From an uncultured bacterium (lineage in GTDB: Bacteria > UBA8481), in the NCBI GenBank assembly GCA_964499705.1, contig CAZCME010000001.1:197243-261242 (forward strand): a DNA stretch of 64,000 bases, read 5' to 3'. Position numbers and translations under genes: made by a program. Under the pieces are notes generated by a model that was not told where the DNA came from, searched no databases, and saw only the letters and a list, made by a program, of their open reading frames with translations. Positions within the stretch are counted from its first letter, which is position 1. Every line of letters begins with the position of its first letter. Below are positions 50,658 to 60,234 of this stretch, piece by piece.

Positions 50658-51302
50658 TCAGTTCAGGACGGTAGCCGGGTCCGCTTCTTCCGTTACGGCG
50701 TTGTCATCGCCTTCCGGAGCCCCGTTCAGGCCGTCGAGAATCTCCTGGCGAAACTCTTCGAGGAGCGACGCGATCGCGGCCCTGGTCTTGTTGATCACGG
50801 AACTGTTCTCGTCGGGAACTTTCCCTCCCGCCGTCTCGCTTATGACCGCCTCAGCCTGTCCGATGCCTTCTTCGATGGCGTCGCCGACGATGCCGAGGAA
50901 CCGGTCGAGATTCTCCTCGCTCGAACCGCCGTTCTTCTCCGCGAATTTCTCGTAGAACTTCAGCGCGAAACCGACGATGCGGCCCGCCGTGTTCTCCGGC
51001 GACCAGTAGTTATCTGCTTCCTCTTCCCCCGTTTCATCCGTTTCCAGCTCGGCCCGGAACTTCACATCGACTCGAGCGTTGACTTTCTCCTCGAGGATGG
51101 CCATGAGCGTTTCGGAATTGGGAAGAAGGCCCCGGCTGTTGCCGAGGTCGAGGATATCGCCGTTCTGCGGCAGGACCTCAGGTTTGAGATCATCGGATTG
51201 CCCGTAACTCTCGTCGCGTAAAGCGCTGGCGCCATACGCCTCGTGGTATTTAGCCTGGATGAGGTTCCGGTTATAAGAAGCCGTCGTGGAAAACTCGAAC
51301 AT
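50658..51302 (-). CDS. DUF5610-like acidic protein
   Basis: AGGAGG RBS before ATG 51302. YWSPENTAGRIVGFA...AIEEGIGQAEAVI resembles DUF5610 by recall. Confidence 0.6.
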   Translation of the reverse strand: MFEFSTTASYNRNLIQAKYHEAYGASALRDESYGQSDDLKPEVLPQNGDILDLGNSRGLLPNSETLMAILEEKVNARVDVKFRAELETDETGEEEADNYWSPENTAGRIVGFALKFYEKFAEKNGGSSEENLDRFLGIVGDAIEEGIGQAEAVISETAGGKVPDENSSVINKTRAAIASLLEEFRQEILDGLNGAPEGDDNAVTEEADPATVLN

Positions 51303-51401
51303 GGTTGCCCTCCTGTGCACTTTCCCGGGAATCCATTCCCTTGGTTTGTGGCGGCTCCGAAGACTTCGATGAAAGCCTCGTTCGCCGACCGCCTGAACTC
51401 A

Positions 51402-51428
51402 TCATCGGCGCAACTTGGACAAACTTGA
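51402..51428 (-). promoter_or_regulatory. Sigma28 (FliA/SigD)-type promoter
   Basis: Minus strand TCAAGTTT-N11-GCCGATGA against the consensus TAAAGTTT-N11-GCCGATAA (2 mismatches of 16, exact spacing). Confidence 0.7.
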
Positions 51429-51447
51429 ACATTTTTTCATCTTTTTT

Positions 51448-52647
51448 TTACGCGCGGACGAGTATTTCCGTGATGGCCGCGGACGCCAGCATGTCGCTCT
51501 TGAAAGCTTCCTTCCAGAACTGGAGAAATCTTCCGGAATGAGCGAAGTGGACCTCGGCGAATCGCAGCGGCTCGAAGAGGTCCGCTTGTCCCGGCACACG
51601 ACCTTCCCGCCGCGCCATCAGCATGAGCTGCAGGCGCGCCAGGGCGTACATGAAGCAGATGATGTTGAATCCGCGCACGAGCCCGTACTCCAGGAAAAAT
51701 GTCTTCTTGAAGATCTTGTAGAGGATGAATTTTCGCAGGAGCGGAGTGATCTCCGCGGAACAGGGATCGAACCAGCTGCGCCTCAGCCGCCGGTAAAAAA
51801 GCGAGGGCCCGATCTTCTCGTCTCCCGGGCCGTTCTGCATGTCGTCGATCAGTTTCTGTACTTCGATCCGGTCCGGCTCCAGCATGGGATTGTCGGCCAG
51901 GAAGAGAATGCGGAAGCGGATGATCCTGTCGATGAGTTTCCATGCCGATTCGAGATCGGATATGCCGGGAATATTCATGCGAACGGAGGGATGGATTTCC
52001 CGCGCCTGGATCGCTCGACGGAGTTTTTTTCCGTCGTCGTGTCCTTCCACCTTCGACAGGAAATGGGCGCATTGAGCCAGCGCGTCGTCGAGTTGGGAAG
52101 TGGAGGCTATCGTATCGAGAAGAGCCTCCTCGACGAGATACAGGGTTTTCCAGGAGAGAGATTTCGGGTGTGAGATCGCCGGCTTGGATGCGTCCGGCAA
52201 CGGAAGCGGCTGCGTCATCGGCGAGCGAACGAGCGAGAAGGGTTCAGGCCGGCAGAGAACATTCACGAAGGCGCCGTACGATGAGAATGTCAGGGTCACT
52301 TCCCGCCCGCGCGGTGTTCTCGTTTCCTCCCGGGGGTAATTCCGGCAGACGATGCTCTTCAAGGCCGGGTCATGCGTATGGAGATAACACATGTGGTTCG
52401 CGTCGAGAAAAACGCAGTTCCCCCGGGGCGTCAGGTTGTAGTAGATGTTTCCTTCTTCTTCCTTGTACCAGTCCAGGTCCGGATTCGGCCGGGGTGCCGG
52501 GGGATTTTCCAGAAAGTCCCGGGCGCGCCTGAAGGAATCGGCATCGACTTGAACGCCCCAGAGCTTGCAGCAGCGGCCGCACCCCGTGCAGTCGAAATAA
52601 TCGATGCCCGCGGGCGCGATGATGAGAGGACCTTCCGGAGCTGGCAT
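51448..52647 (-). CDS. YkgJ/FliB-like cysteine-cluster protein (399 aa)
   Basis: CTGCGRCC, CVFLD...CYLH and CRNYPR. Length and layout resemble the flagellin lysine methylase FliB. Confidence 0.7.
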   Translation of the reverse strand: MPAPEGPLIIAPAGIDYFDCTGCGRCCKLWGVQVDADSFRRARDFLENPPAPRPNPDLDWYKEEEGNIYYNLTPRGNCVFLDANHMCYLHTHDPALKSIVCRNYPREETRTPRGREVTLTFSSYGAFVNVLCRPEPFSLVRSPMTQPLPLPDASKPAISHPKSLSWKTLYLVEEALLDTIASTSQLDDALAQCAHFLSKVEGHDDGKKLRRAIQAREIHPSVRMNIPGISDLESAWKLIDRIIRFRILFLADNPMLEPDRIEVQKLIDDMQNGPGDEKIGPSLFYRRLRRSWFDPCSAEITPLLRKFILYKIFKKTFFLEYGLVRGFNIICFMYALARLQLMLMARREGRVPGQADLFEPLRFAEVHFAHSGRFLQFWKEAFKSDMLASAAITEILVRA

Positions 52648-52765
52648 GGCGCCATTATATCCCGTTCACGCGGTGATGCCACGGACAGGCGCATGCGGGG
52701 CGGGGAATTGAAAAATTGCGGCGAACGGGGAGGTGGGTTATGATGCGACGGATTCATCCCTTTTC

Positions 52766-52838
52766 GCGCCCGTAGCTCAGAGGATAGAGCGCTTGCCTCC
52801 GGAGCAAGAGGCCGCAGGTTCGACTCCTGCCGGGCGCA
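52766..52838 (+). tRNA. tRNA-Arg(CCG)
   Basis: Acceptor stem GCGCCCG/CGGGCGC, anticodon arm CTTGC-CT-CCG-GA-GCAAG, GGTTCGACTCC T-arm. No encoded CCA. Promoter TTGCGG-17-TATGAT at 52716-52744. Confidence 0.97.
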
Positions 52839-52900
52839 CGCGGTAACTTTGCAGGAGACTCGATATTTCGTCCTTCGCTTCATCATGGAATTGTCGCGGC

Positions 52901-53860
52901 ATGATCGGAACGTCTCTGCTGGCGTTAACCCTTCTGTCGCCTGCGTCTGCTCAGACATACCGCCCGGGCGCCGTTCTCCTGGAACCCATCGGCGCGCGCT
53001 CGCTGGGGCTCGGCAATGCCGTGACCGCCCTCGGGGATGACATCACCGCGATCTATTCCAATCCCGCCGGTCTCTCCTCGATCGACAACGCCGAGGTGAT
53101 GGTCGACATGGGGAGAACGCTCTCCCGCGACATCTGGGCGTCGGGCGCCGGAGCCATTCCCGTGGGAAGGAAGGCGACGGTCGCGGCGAGCGTGGATGGG
53201 TTTACGATCAACCAGGACGTAGGCATATCCCGGCTCGATAACGATTTCCGATATCGTGCGCGTCCACTGGGGCTGGATGAAAATAATTACATCGGCCGGA
53301 TCGCGGCGGCCCGGACGATCCGGCCCGACCTCTCCATCGGAGTCGCAGCCAGCTACCTGAATTTCCGCAGCCTCTCCCAGCAGGTGCTGCGGGAAAATTA
53401 CCAGGGGCTCTACGGCAATTTCGGCATCCGCTATAATTCCGCCCTGAAGGGATTTGTCCTTGGAGCATCCGTCATGAACGTGGGAGGACGAATATCCGGA
53501 GCAAAAGATCCCGATCTCCCGGTGACGGGTTCGCTCGGAGTCTCCTACGGATTTCTCCGCAAGACCGCGGACTACATCAACCTGACGGGAGATCTCGTGC
53601 AGGTGGAGAATGAACCGCTGACATTCCGGGCCGGAGCGGAATACTGGTGGGCCAATGTGCTGGGAGTCCGCGCCGGTTATGACGGCACGGCGGCGCGTCG
53701 GAAGGAGAATCCACACGGCGGTGAGTGGCGGGGAGGGCTGAGCGCCAGCGTAGGCGGAGCCTTCGTCGATGTGGTGCTCCTGCCCAACACAGGTCGCATG
53801 GAGGATTTCGGACTGGCGGCGTCCATCCGGATGGGATTCGGGCCGCCGCGTCGGCGGTAG
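52901..53860 (+). CDS. PorV/PorQ (UPF0164)-like outer-membrane beta-barrel protein
   Basis: Signal peptide, then PIGARSLGLGNAVTALGDD..AIYSNPAGL and alternating beta-strand patterns. Confidence 0.75.
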   Translation: MIGTSLLALTLLSPASAQTYRPGAVLLEPIGARSLGLGNAVTALGDDITAIYSNPAGLSSIDNAEVMVDMGRTLSRDIWASGAGAIPVGRKATVAASVDGFTINQDVGISRLDNDFRYRARPLGLDENNYIGRIAAARTIRPDLSIGVAASYLNFRSLSQQVLRENYQGLYGNFGIRYNSALKGFVLGASVMNVGGRISGAKDPDLPVTGSLGVSYGFLRKTADYINLTGDLVQVENEPLTFRAGAEYWWANVLGVRAGYDGTAARRKENPHGGEWRGGLSASVGGAFVDVVLLPNTGRMEDFGLAASIRMGFGPPRRR

Positions 53861-53870
53861 GGAGGATCAG

Positions 53871-54656
53871 GTGAATCGAGGAATCGTCACGTTCACATCC
53901 GATTTCGGCCTGAAGGATGCTTACGTCGCGGAGATGAAGGGAGCCTTCCTCGCCGAACTGGATCGCCTTGGTTGGACCTCCGGAATTCAGCTCATCGATG
54001 TGACGCATGAGCTTCCCCGTCATGCGATCGGCCAGGCCGCGGAGCTTCTGCGCCCGCTGGCAGCGGTCTATCCTGAAAAGTCCGTCCATGTCGTCGTCGT
54101 GGATCCCGGCGTCGGTTCGGACCGATGGCCGATGTTCCTGCGGACTCGAGGGCAATATTTCGTCGGCCCCGATAACGGTATTTTCACGCGGTTGCTTCCG
54201 GAATCGGATCTTGTCCTCCGGATCGACGAACGGCAGCGCCGCGAATCCGGGTCGGCGGTTTTCGACGGCCGCGATCTCTTCGCGCCTGTCGCCGCGCGCC
54301 TCATCGCCGGCGTTGATCCCTCCTCCCTGGGTTCGACGCTTGCCGAACCCGTCCGGCTGACGCCGCCCCTTCCCGTCAGGGCCGCGCATTCCATCCGGGG
54401 ACAGATCCTGGGAAGCGACCATTTCGGCAACATGCGCACGAATATACCGGTCCGTGATATACCGTTCGGCGCCCGTGTTTCGGTCGGCTCCGCGTCGCGA
54501 CTGCCGATCCATTGCTCCTATTCCGAATCCGATACCGGTGCGCCGGCGGGCATCATTTCCTCGGATGGATCGCTGGAGATCGCCGTGCGCGAAGGTTCCG
54601 CGGCGGAAATCCTGAAATGCGGAGTGGGTGACGAAGTGCTGGTGGAATGGTCGTGA
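53871..54656 (+). CDS. DUF62 SAM hydrolase / SAM-dependent halogenase-family protein
   Basis: GGAGG RBS then GTG 53871. FTSDFG..D.YV, VVDPGVGS.R, GPDNG, FDGRDLFAP, DHFGN, LEIAV..GSAA. Confidence 0.9.
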   Translation: MNRGIVTFTSDFGLKDAYVAEMKGAFLAELDRLGWTSGIQLIDVTHELPRHAIGQAAELLRPLAAVYPEKSVHVVVVDPGVGSDRWPMFLRTRGQYFVGPDNGIFTRLLPESDLVLRIDERQRRESGSAVFDGRDLFAPVAARLIAGVDPSSLGSTLAEPVRLTPPLPVRAAHSIRGQILGSDHFGNMRTNIPVRDIPFGARVSVGSASRLPIHCSYSESDTGAPAGIISSDGSLEIAVREGSAAEILKCGVGDEVLVEWS

Positions 54657-54665
54657 AACGCGGGT

Positions 54666-55754
54666 TCAGATGATGCGACCCGTCCTGTCGGGCAGGAAAG
54701 AAATGAGGTAGGCGCAGCAGATCAGCAGAAATGCCGTCGCCCACATGATTTCACCGGAGGTGAGTCGCGGCAGGCTGAGAAGCCCTTCCACAGTGACGCC
54801 GAGCGACAGCCCGAGGTTATGCAGCGCCATCCGGTCGCCGCTGGACATGAGCGTGCGGGGATTGAAGCCGTCGAGGCGCACGGACGCGTAGATGACCGCC
54901 GCGCAGAAACTGAGAAGCACGCTCCCGAACACCAGTTCCGGCCAGAAGAGCGCATCCGCAAGGAGCGCGAGCGCGGCGATGTAGCACGCATAACGGGAGG
55001 CCCGCTCCGGCAGGAGTGCTCCGAAAATCCGCCCTGAGACCAATGTGAAGAGCGCGACGCCGACGACGGCATGGGCGATGTGGGCGAGGGAGAATATGAG
55101 CAATCCGATCATGAGCCCCATGCAGAAGGAGGCGGCGGTCAGGGCCTGGGCGGGATAATCGCGGCGCAGATCGATATAGAACCACATCTGCCCGAGGCTC
55201 GTGTATCCGGCGCGGCTGCGGCCGAAGACGTAGGCGAGGAAGGAGCCGGCGAGGGAGACCGCGAGCCCCGCATAAAGCAGCACATTCTCATCATGGCCCT
55301 GATAGGTGATGAATTTCGCGGCAACGATCCCCGCGACGAAACCGACGAGCGTCCAGCGAACCTCATGCTCGCGTTCGTTCGGTTCGGACGCCAGAAGCGT
55401 CCACCGGCCGAAAGCGATCTGAGTGCCGGAAAAGGCGAGCATCCAGGCGACGAGCGCGAAGAGCAGGAACGTCGCTTGCGGAGCCATGACGAACATGAGA
55501 AAGGCGATGGATTGAGCGATGACGCAATCCCGGATGGCGGCCGCCGCGGAGACCATGGAAAGCCGGCGTCCCAGTTCCATCTGGGAAAAAAGAAGAACGA
55601 GAAAGGCGCAGAGAACGGCCAGGTTCAGCGACGTACTTTCCTCCAGTTGCTTCAGAAGCGAGGGAAGGAGAAAGACGATGGAATAGAGCTGAAAACCGCA
55701 GATAAAACCCATAGTGACGTGATGCGTGGCGGGCAGCGAGCGTGTGCTGTTCAT
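54666..55754 (-). CDS. Multi-pass membrane protein (possibly MFS-like)
   Basis: About 11-12 hydrophobic segments. No diagnostic motif recognised. Confidence 0.55.
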   Translation of the reverse strand: MNSTRSLPATHHVTMGFICGFQLYSIVFLLPSLLKQLEESTSLNLAVLCAFLVLLFSQMELGRRLSMVSAAAAIRDCVIAQSIAFLMFVMAPQATFLLFALVAWMLAFSGTQIAFGRWTLLASEPNEREHEVRWTLVGFVAGIVAAKFITYQGHDENVLLYAGLAVSLAGSFLAYVFGRSRAGYTSLGQMWFYIDLRRDYPAQALTAASFCMGLMIGLLIFSLAHIAHAVVGVALFTLVSGRIFGALLPERASRYACYIAALALLADALFWPELVFGSVLLSFCAAVIYASVRLDGFNPRTLMSSGDRMALHNLGLSLGVTVEGLLSLPRLTSGEIMWATAFLLICCAYLISFLPDRTGRII

Positions 55755-55804
55755 GAGAGGGGAGCGATCAGAGTCGAGGAAGCGAGGGAGCGGGCGTCAT
55801 CGCG

Positions 55805-56626
55805 TCAGAGGACATCGCAGGGAAATCCGGCTGACTCGGTTCGCCGTCCGATCGAATCCAGCGTGGACCGTGGCGCCGGTCGCAGGCCTGGCTCGGGCGG
55901 TACACGATCCAGAGTGTATATGACGACCGACTCGGGCTTGATTTCCCGCAGCAGTGCGATCCAGCGCTCGACCTCCGCATCGTCCGTGTTTTTCACGGCG
56001 CCTTCGAGAAAGAGCGCCTGGATGACGACACGACGCAATTTCTTCGAGGCGCGGACGACGCGGTCGGGATTCCACGACACCAGCGGAACATCGATGCGAT
56101 CCATGGACTCGGGCGTCCCCGCATCGAGTTTCAGCATGACGACATCGACGGCATCGAGCGCTCGGGCGATGGCGGGCTTGTCGATGTATGTTCCATTGGT
56201 GAGGACGGCGACCGTCGCGTCCGGTATTCGCTTTGCACGCACGTCAAGGACAGCGGCGGCGATCTCCTCGAAAGAAGGATGCATGGTGGGCTCGCCGTTT
56301 CCCGTGAGCGTGAGCGTATCCGGAGTTTGATCCGCCAGATCATCCAGAACCGAATTCAGTTCCGTGATGAGAGCGTTCGGCTCGGGAAAAGAAGCGCGGA
56401 CCATTTCCGGCATGGCCATGGTCGTGCGCCCCAGCTCGCAGTAGATGCAGTCGAATGAGCAGATCTTCCGGTCCGAGGGGAGAGTGTTGATGCCGAGCGA
56501 ACGGCCAAAACGCCGGGACTGGACCGGGCCGAAGATCATGCCGTCGAAGAGACCCCATCGCCGGAGCGACGAGTATTCAGGAGGTTGCGCCGGTTGGGAG
56601 GTGAATTGCAGAGCCCGTGTCGCCAT
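55805..56626 (-). CDS. Radical SAM protein
   Basis: CxxxCxxC (CSFDCIYC), GPVQSRRFGRSLGIN, GNGEPTMHP, VLTNGT. Confidence 0.9.
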   Translation of the reverse strand: MATRALQFTSQPAQPPEYSSLRRWGLFDGMIFGPVQSRRFGRSLGINTLPSDRKICSFDCIYCELGRTTMAMPEMVRASFPEPNALITELNSVLDDLADQTPDTLTLTGNGEPTMHPSFEEIAAAVLDVRAKRIPDATVAVLTNGTYIDKPAIARALDAVDVVMLKLDAGTPESMDRIDVPLVSWNPDRVVRASKKLRRVVIQALFLEGAVKNTDDAEVERWIALLREIKPESVVIYTLDRVPPEPGLRPAPRSTLDSIGRRTESAGFPCDVL

Positions 56627-57354
56627 CAGACGCTTCTCAAGTTCCCGCCTTCACAGGGCAGAACGATTCCGGTGATGGATGCCGCCGCGTCCGACATGAG
56701 AAAGGCGATCGTCGCCGCCGTTTCCGCAGGCGTCACCATGCGTTTCATGGCGAGCTTCTCGACAAATGCCGGGATCCTGTCCGAGGGAATCAGCTCCCGC
56801 ACGCGTTCCGTATCCGTATATCCCGGTGCGACGGAGTTGACTGTGATGCCGGAATCGGCGACCTCGCGCGAGAGCGTCTTAAGGTAGCCATGCACGGCGG
56901 GGCGGAACGCGTTGGAGAGGGCGAGATTATCGAGAGGTTCCAGGGCGGACACGGATGTGATGGCGACGATGCGACCGTATCGCCTCTCGGTCATTTCCGG
57001 GACGACGAGGCGGCAGAGCCTCACGGCGGAGAGAAAATTCTGCTGAAATGACAGAAGCCATTGCTCGTCGGTCATGGCAAGCGAGCTTCCGGCAGGAGGA
57101 CCGCCCGCATTCAGGAGAACGCAGTCGACTCTGCCGAGCGCCTTGACGGCCGATGTAAACGCGAAAGCGCAACCCTGCGCAGTGGCGAGATCGGCCTGGA
57201 AAGGGATCGCACCGGCGAGCGCTGCGGCTGGAGGATTTCGCGATACGGTGGCGACCGAGGCCCCTTCCGCGAGCAGTCGCTCCGCCACGGCCCTGCCGAG
57301 CCCTCTCGAAGCACCGCAGACAAGCGCGGTCTTATGGCGAAGTCCAAGATCCAT
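56626..57354 (-). CDS. SDR-family oxidoreductase (BKR-like, SNxxR active-site type)
   Basis: CGASRGLG, NAGGP, LSNAFR, NSVAPG.TDT. Its stop overlaps the radical SAM start (TGATG). Confidence 0.9.
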   Translation of the reverse strand: MDLGLRHKTALVCGASRGLGRAVAERLLAEGASVATVSRNPPAAALAGAIPFQADLATAQGCAFAFTSAVKALGRVDCVLLNAGGPPAGSSLAMTDEQWLLSFQQNFLSAVRLCRLVVPEMTERRYGRIVAITSVSALEPLDNLALSNAFRPAVHGYLKTLSREVADSGITVNSVAPGYTDTERVRELIPSDRIPAFVEKLAMKRMVTPAETAATIAFLMSDAAASITGIVLPCEGGNLRSV

Positions 57355-57472
57355 GCGGGGATATTATCACAGGTCGCGTGCGATGTCCCGCCTCGGCGAC
57401 GGACGTGGATAAGGGGACTCATCTCAAAAACGCTCGCGGGGTTCTACAGCTGCCGATATCATGAAGAAGCCT

Positions 57473-57546
57473 TGGGGCGTCGTCCAATGGCAGGACTCGG
57501 GACTTTGAATCCCGCTATGATGGTTCGAATCCATCCGCCCCAGCCA
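57473..57546 (+). tRNA. tRNA-Gln(TTG)
   Basis: Acceptor stem TGGGGCG/CGCCCCA plus GCCA, anticodon arm CGGGA-CT-TTG-AA-TCCCG, GGTTCGAATCC T-arm. Confidence 0.97.
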
Positions 57547-57714
57547 GGGCAGCGAACTGGGCAAGAATGTCGCGCGCCGCGGAATCCAGCTCGCCATTGA
57601 TCGGTTCATGAGCGGCTGCTACACTCCAGGTGTGAGCGCGGCCAGGATTCGTCGCCGATTTCATTTCAGGTCCGATCCGGAAAGGGGAATTCCATCAAGA
57701 AGCTTTCGCCGCCT

Positions 57715-58341
57715 TTGTCCGGGAGATTCACGGAAGTCGTTCTGTTCCTGGAAGATATCGAGCAGATTGTCGCGACGCTGCAATCCATCGCGCCGGTCCG
57801 CATTCGCACTGGTTCCTACGCTCTCGATTCCTTCGCTGAGCTGAAGGAATTAAACGAGGATTGCGTGAATTCATTGTATCTGCATTGCGTGGAACCGTTC
57901 GCTTATATCGATATCGATGAGAAGTCCGTCCGCGTGTTTCTTGGTTCGGACGTGCCGGAGCATCGTCGCGTCTTCGAACAGGTTGCCGCGATACTCGAAA
58001 AACGCCAGCTTGTCCGGGACCAGCTTTTCGAGAGCCCCACGATCATCGGCGCGCTCTGCGGCGCGGCGCTCAGCATTCTCTTCGGTGTCTATTTCATAGC
58101 CGAGATTCCGTGGCAGCAGAAACACCTCGCCGGAGGTTCCTCCGTGCTCATGATCGTGCTCCTCATCCTGTGGGATCGCTTTACTCTGCGTCAGAAACGA
58201 ACCCGCACGTCCCGCATCTGGCTGAGGCACCTGACCCGTTCCGAAGCGCTCCGGCAGCAATACTGGGACCGGATTCTTCTGGTCATCCTCGTCATGATAG
58301 TTACAGCGCTGTTCGCCCTTCTGCTGCAATCCGTCGGATGA
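57715..58341 (+). CDS. Hypothetical protein with C-terminal TM segments
   Basis: 208-aa ORF with a soluble N-half and 2-3 hydrophobic segments. TTG start uncertain. No family recognised. Confidence 0.55.
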   Translation: MSGRFTEVVLFLEDIEQIVATLQSIAPVRIRTGSYALDSFAELKELNEDCVNSLYLHCVEPFAYIDIDEKSVRVFLGSDVPEHRRVFEQVAAILEKRQLVRDQLFESPTIIGALCGAALSILFGVYFIAEIPWQQKHLAGGSSVLMIVLLILWDRFTLRQKRTRTSRIWLRHLTRSEALRQQYWDRILLVILVMIVTALFALLLQSVG

Positions 58342-58356
58342 TCACTGATAAGTCGT

Positions 58357-59115
58357 TCATCGCAGGAGTGACTGCATGACCAGCCGCTTCCCCGCCTTTG
58401 CCAGGATCGTCCAGGACGGCACCGGCCGGTAAACCGGAACGCCGGTCTGCGGCTGTCCGGCGGTGTTCCCGTTCGCGGCCATCACCAGAAGCCGCTTCAT
58501 TTGTCCTGCGGAGCCCCGCATGGATTGCGCCATGACCTGGGATGGAAAACGACATTCGCTTATATCCACGGATTCACTCACCAGGATCTCTCCATCGTCG
58601 AATTTCTCTCCGACCCGGATGATGCTCGGCGTGGCCCGGGATTCCCGGTAATACCACATCCAGAATGGCGTGTACATGCCCCTGTATCCCGGCAGCGTGC
58701 CACAGTGTCTGTTCCAGACGCCCTCGGAGGGCAGGGCGAGAATTTCGCCGCCGAGCCGGCACGGGCATTGGTTGATGATGAGATTGATCCGGTGAGACTT
58801 CAGGGCGTCGAGGACGGACGCGCCGTTGGGGTCGGCGGTCCGCATGCGGATGATGCCGGGGGAGATCGATGTTCGAGGGCGATTCCGCGAGCGAAAATTG
58901 AGGAGGGCGCGAGCGATTCCCCGGAGCCCGTATAAAAGCGCGAGCACGCAAAATTCCCGCAGGCTCCGTGCGGGAGCCGACCATCGAATGAGGGGGTAGT
59001 CGACTTCTATCAGCAGCTTTATTGTATCGTGATCGGTCCGCAACAGTTCCTCGATAAATTGCCGAGCATACAGATAATCATCGGTGACAAGGATCGCGGC
59101 CCTGATTTCCGTCAC
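58357..59115 (-). CDS. Formyltransferase-family protein
   Basis: WNRHCGTLPGYRG (N-x-H...LP..RG) and FDDGEIL. GTG start overlaps the deacetylase stop. Confidence 0.75.
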   Translation of the reverse strand: MTEIRAAILVTDDYLYARQFIEELLRTDHDTIKLLIEVDYPLIRWSAPARSLREFCVLALLYGLRGIARALLNFRSRNRPRTSISPGIIRMRTADPNGASVLDALKSHRINLIINQCPCRLGGEILALPSEGVWNRHCGTLPGYRGMYTPFWMWYYRESRATPSIIRVGEKFDDGEILVSESVDISECRFPSQVMAQSMRGSAGQMKRLLVMAANGNTAGQPQTGVPVYRPVPSWTILAKAGKRLVMQSLLR

Positions 59116-60080
59116 AACCGGACCGCGAGAGACTCGCCGGCCAGGTATTCGGCCGCGTGATCACAAAGGCGGATGAAGCGGGGGGGCGGCGTCCGGATCA
59201 TGTCGATGATTTCATCGATCTTCTTCTCGCCGTTCTGAACGCCGGCTCCGAAGTAGCGCATGAAACTTCGCCTCCGGACCGAATCGTTGACGGCGACGTT
59301 ATCGCTCGGTTGTCCGAATTCGAAATCGTGCAGTTCCATCGGGATGAAGCCGCGTCCGGCCGTGCCCGAGACGATGAGCGCGCGGGTCAACCGGGAGCCC
59401 ATCGAATGAAACAAGGATGTCGCAAGCGGCAGATGTGTCCGGTTCATGATGAAGATCGGTATCTCGACGATCGTTCGGCGGTCCGATCCTGTTCCGGGAT
59501 TCCTGTAGTCGAGGCGCGCGGGATGAAAGGCGTCGGGAAGGCGCCGCAGGAGAGGCGATTCCACCGCAAGGTTATTTCGGCCATATTCGCCCATCATGCT
59601 GCGCCAGACCAGCTTGACGAGGTTGTAGGGAAAGGAGACGTTGAGACTGGCATCGTAAAGGTAGCCCGCCTCCTCGAGCGAATCCATGACCTCGTTGGAA
59701 ATGCAGTAGCCGGGGGCGCGAAATCCCATCACCGCGCAACCCAGGGCATCCTCGATCATCCTTTTCGAATCCCGGATTTCGATCAGGCGGTCATCCCGGT
59801 TCGCGGCCGCAATCAATTTCGAATGCGTGCGACTATGACTGGCGGCCTCATGACCCTCGGCCACGATTTCCTTCGCAAGAGACAGATTATCAAGGATGTC
59901 ATCGGCGACCAGGAAGAACGTCGCCTTGATGTGACGCTCGCTCAACCATGCCAGGAGCCGCGGCATGATCAGGTTCCAGCTCAGTCGCACGCGCGCGCGA
60001 AGCGTGCTGGTGAGCCGGGCCACGGCCAGGTCGCGCGCGAGCGTGTCGACATCGATGGAGACGGCGATGCTGCGATTCAC
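59112..60080 (-). CDS. Polysaccharide deacetylase (NodB-like)
   Basis: SIDVD, ATFFLV, HEAASHSRTH, GFRAPG, YLYDASL, LHDFEF. Confidence 0.85.
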   Translation of the reverse strand: MNRSIAVSIDVDTLARDLAVARLTSTLRARVRLSWNLIMPRLLAWLSERHIKATFFLVADDILDNLSLAKEIVAEGHEAASHSRTHSKLIAAANRDDRLIEIRDSKRMIEDALGCAVMGFRAPGYCISNEVMDSLEEAGYLYDASLNVSFPYNLVKLVWRSMMGEYGRNNLAVESPLLRRLPDAFHPARLDYRNPGTGSDRRTIVEIPIFIMNRTHLPLATSLFHSMGSRLTRALIVSGTAGRGFIPMELHDFEFGQPSDNVAVNDSVRRRSFMRYFGAGVQNGEKKIDEIIDMIRTPPPRFIRLCDHAAEYLAGESLAVRL

Positions 60081-60234
60081 GAAGATGATCCGGTCATGGG
60101 GCGGCGCGGAGCGATGCGCAAATTCAATTTACAATCGGATGGTCTGGCTTGTGCATACACGCTTCCTTTGCTACCTTTCCTGATGAGGGCCGAAAAACCT
60201 GAATCCTGATCATGATAAGAGTTCAGAGTCGAGC

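Noticed and set aside
57660-57690. CAGGTCCGATCCGGAAAGG resembles the SRP RNA core
   Set aside because: The match to CAGGTCCGGAAGGAAGCAGC is broken and I found no long enclosing stem.
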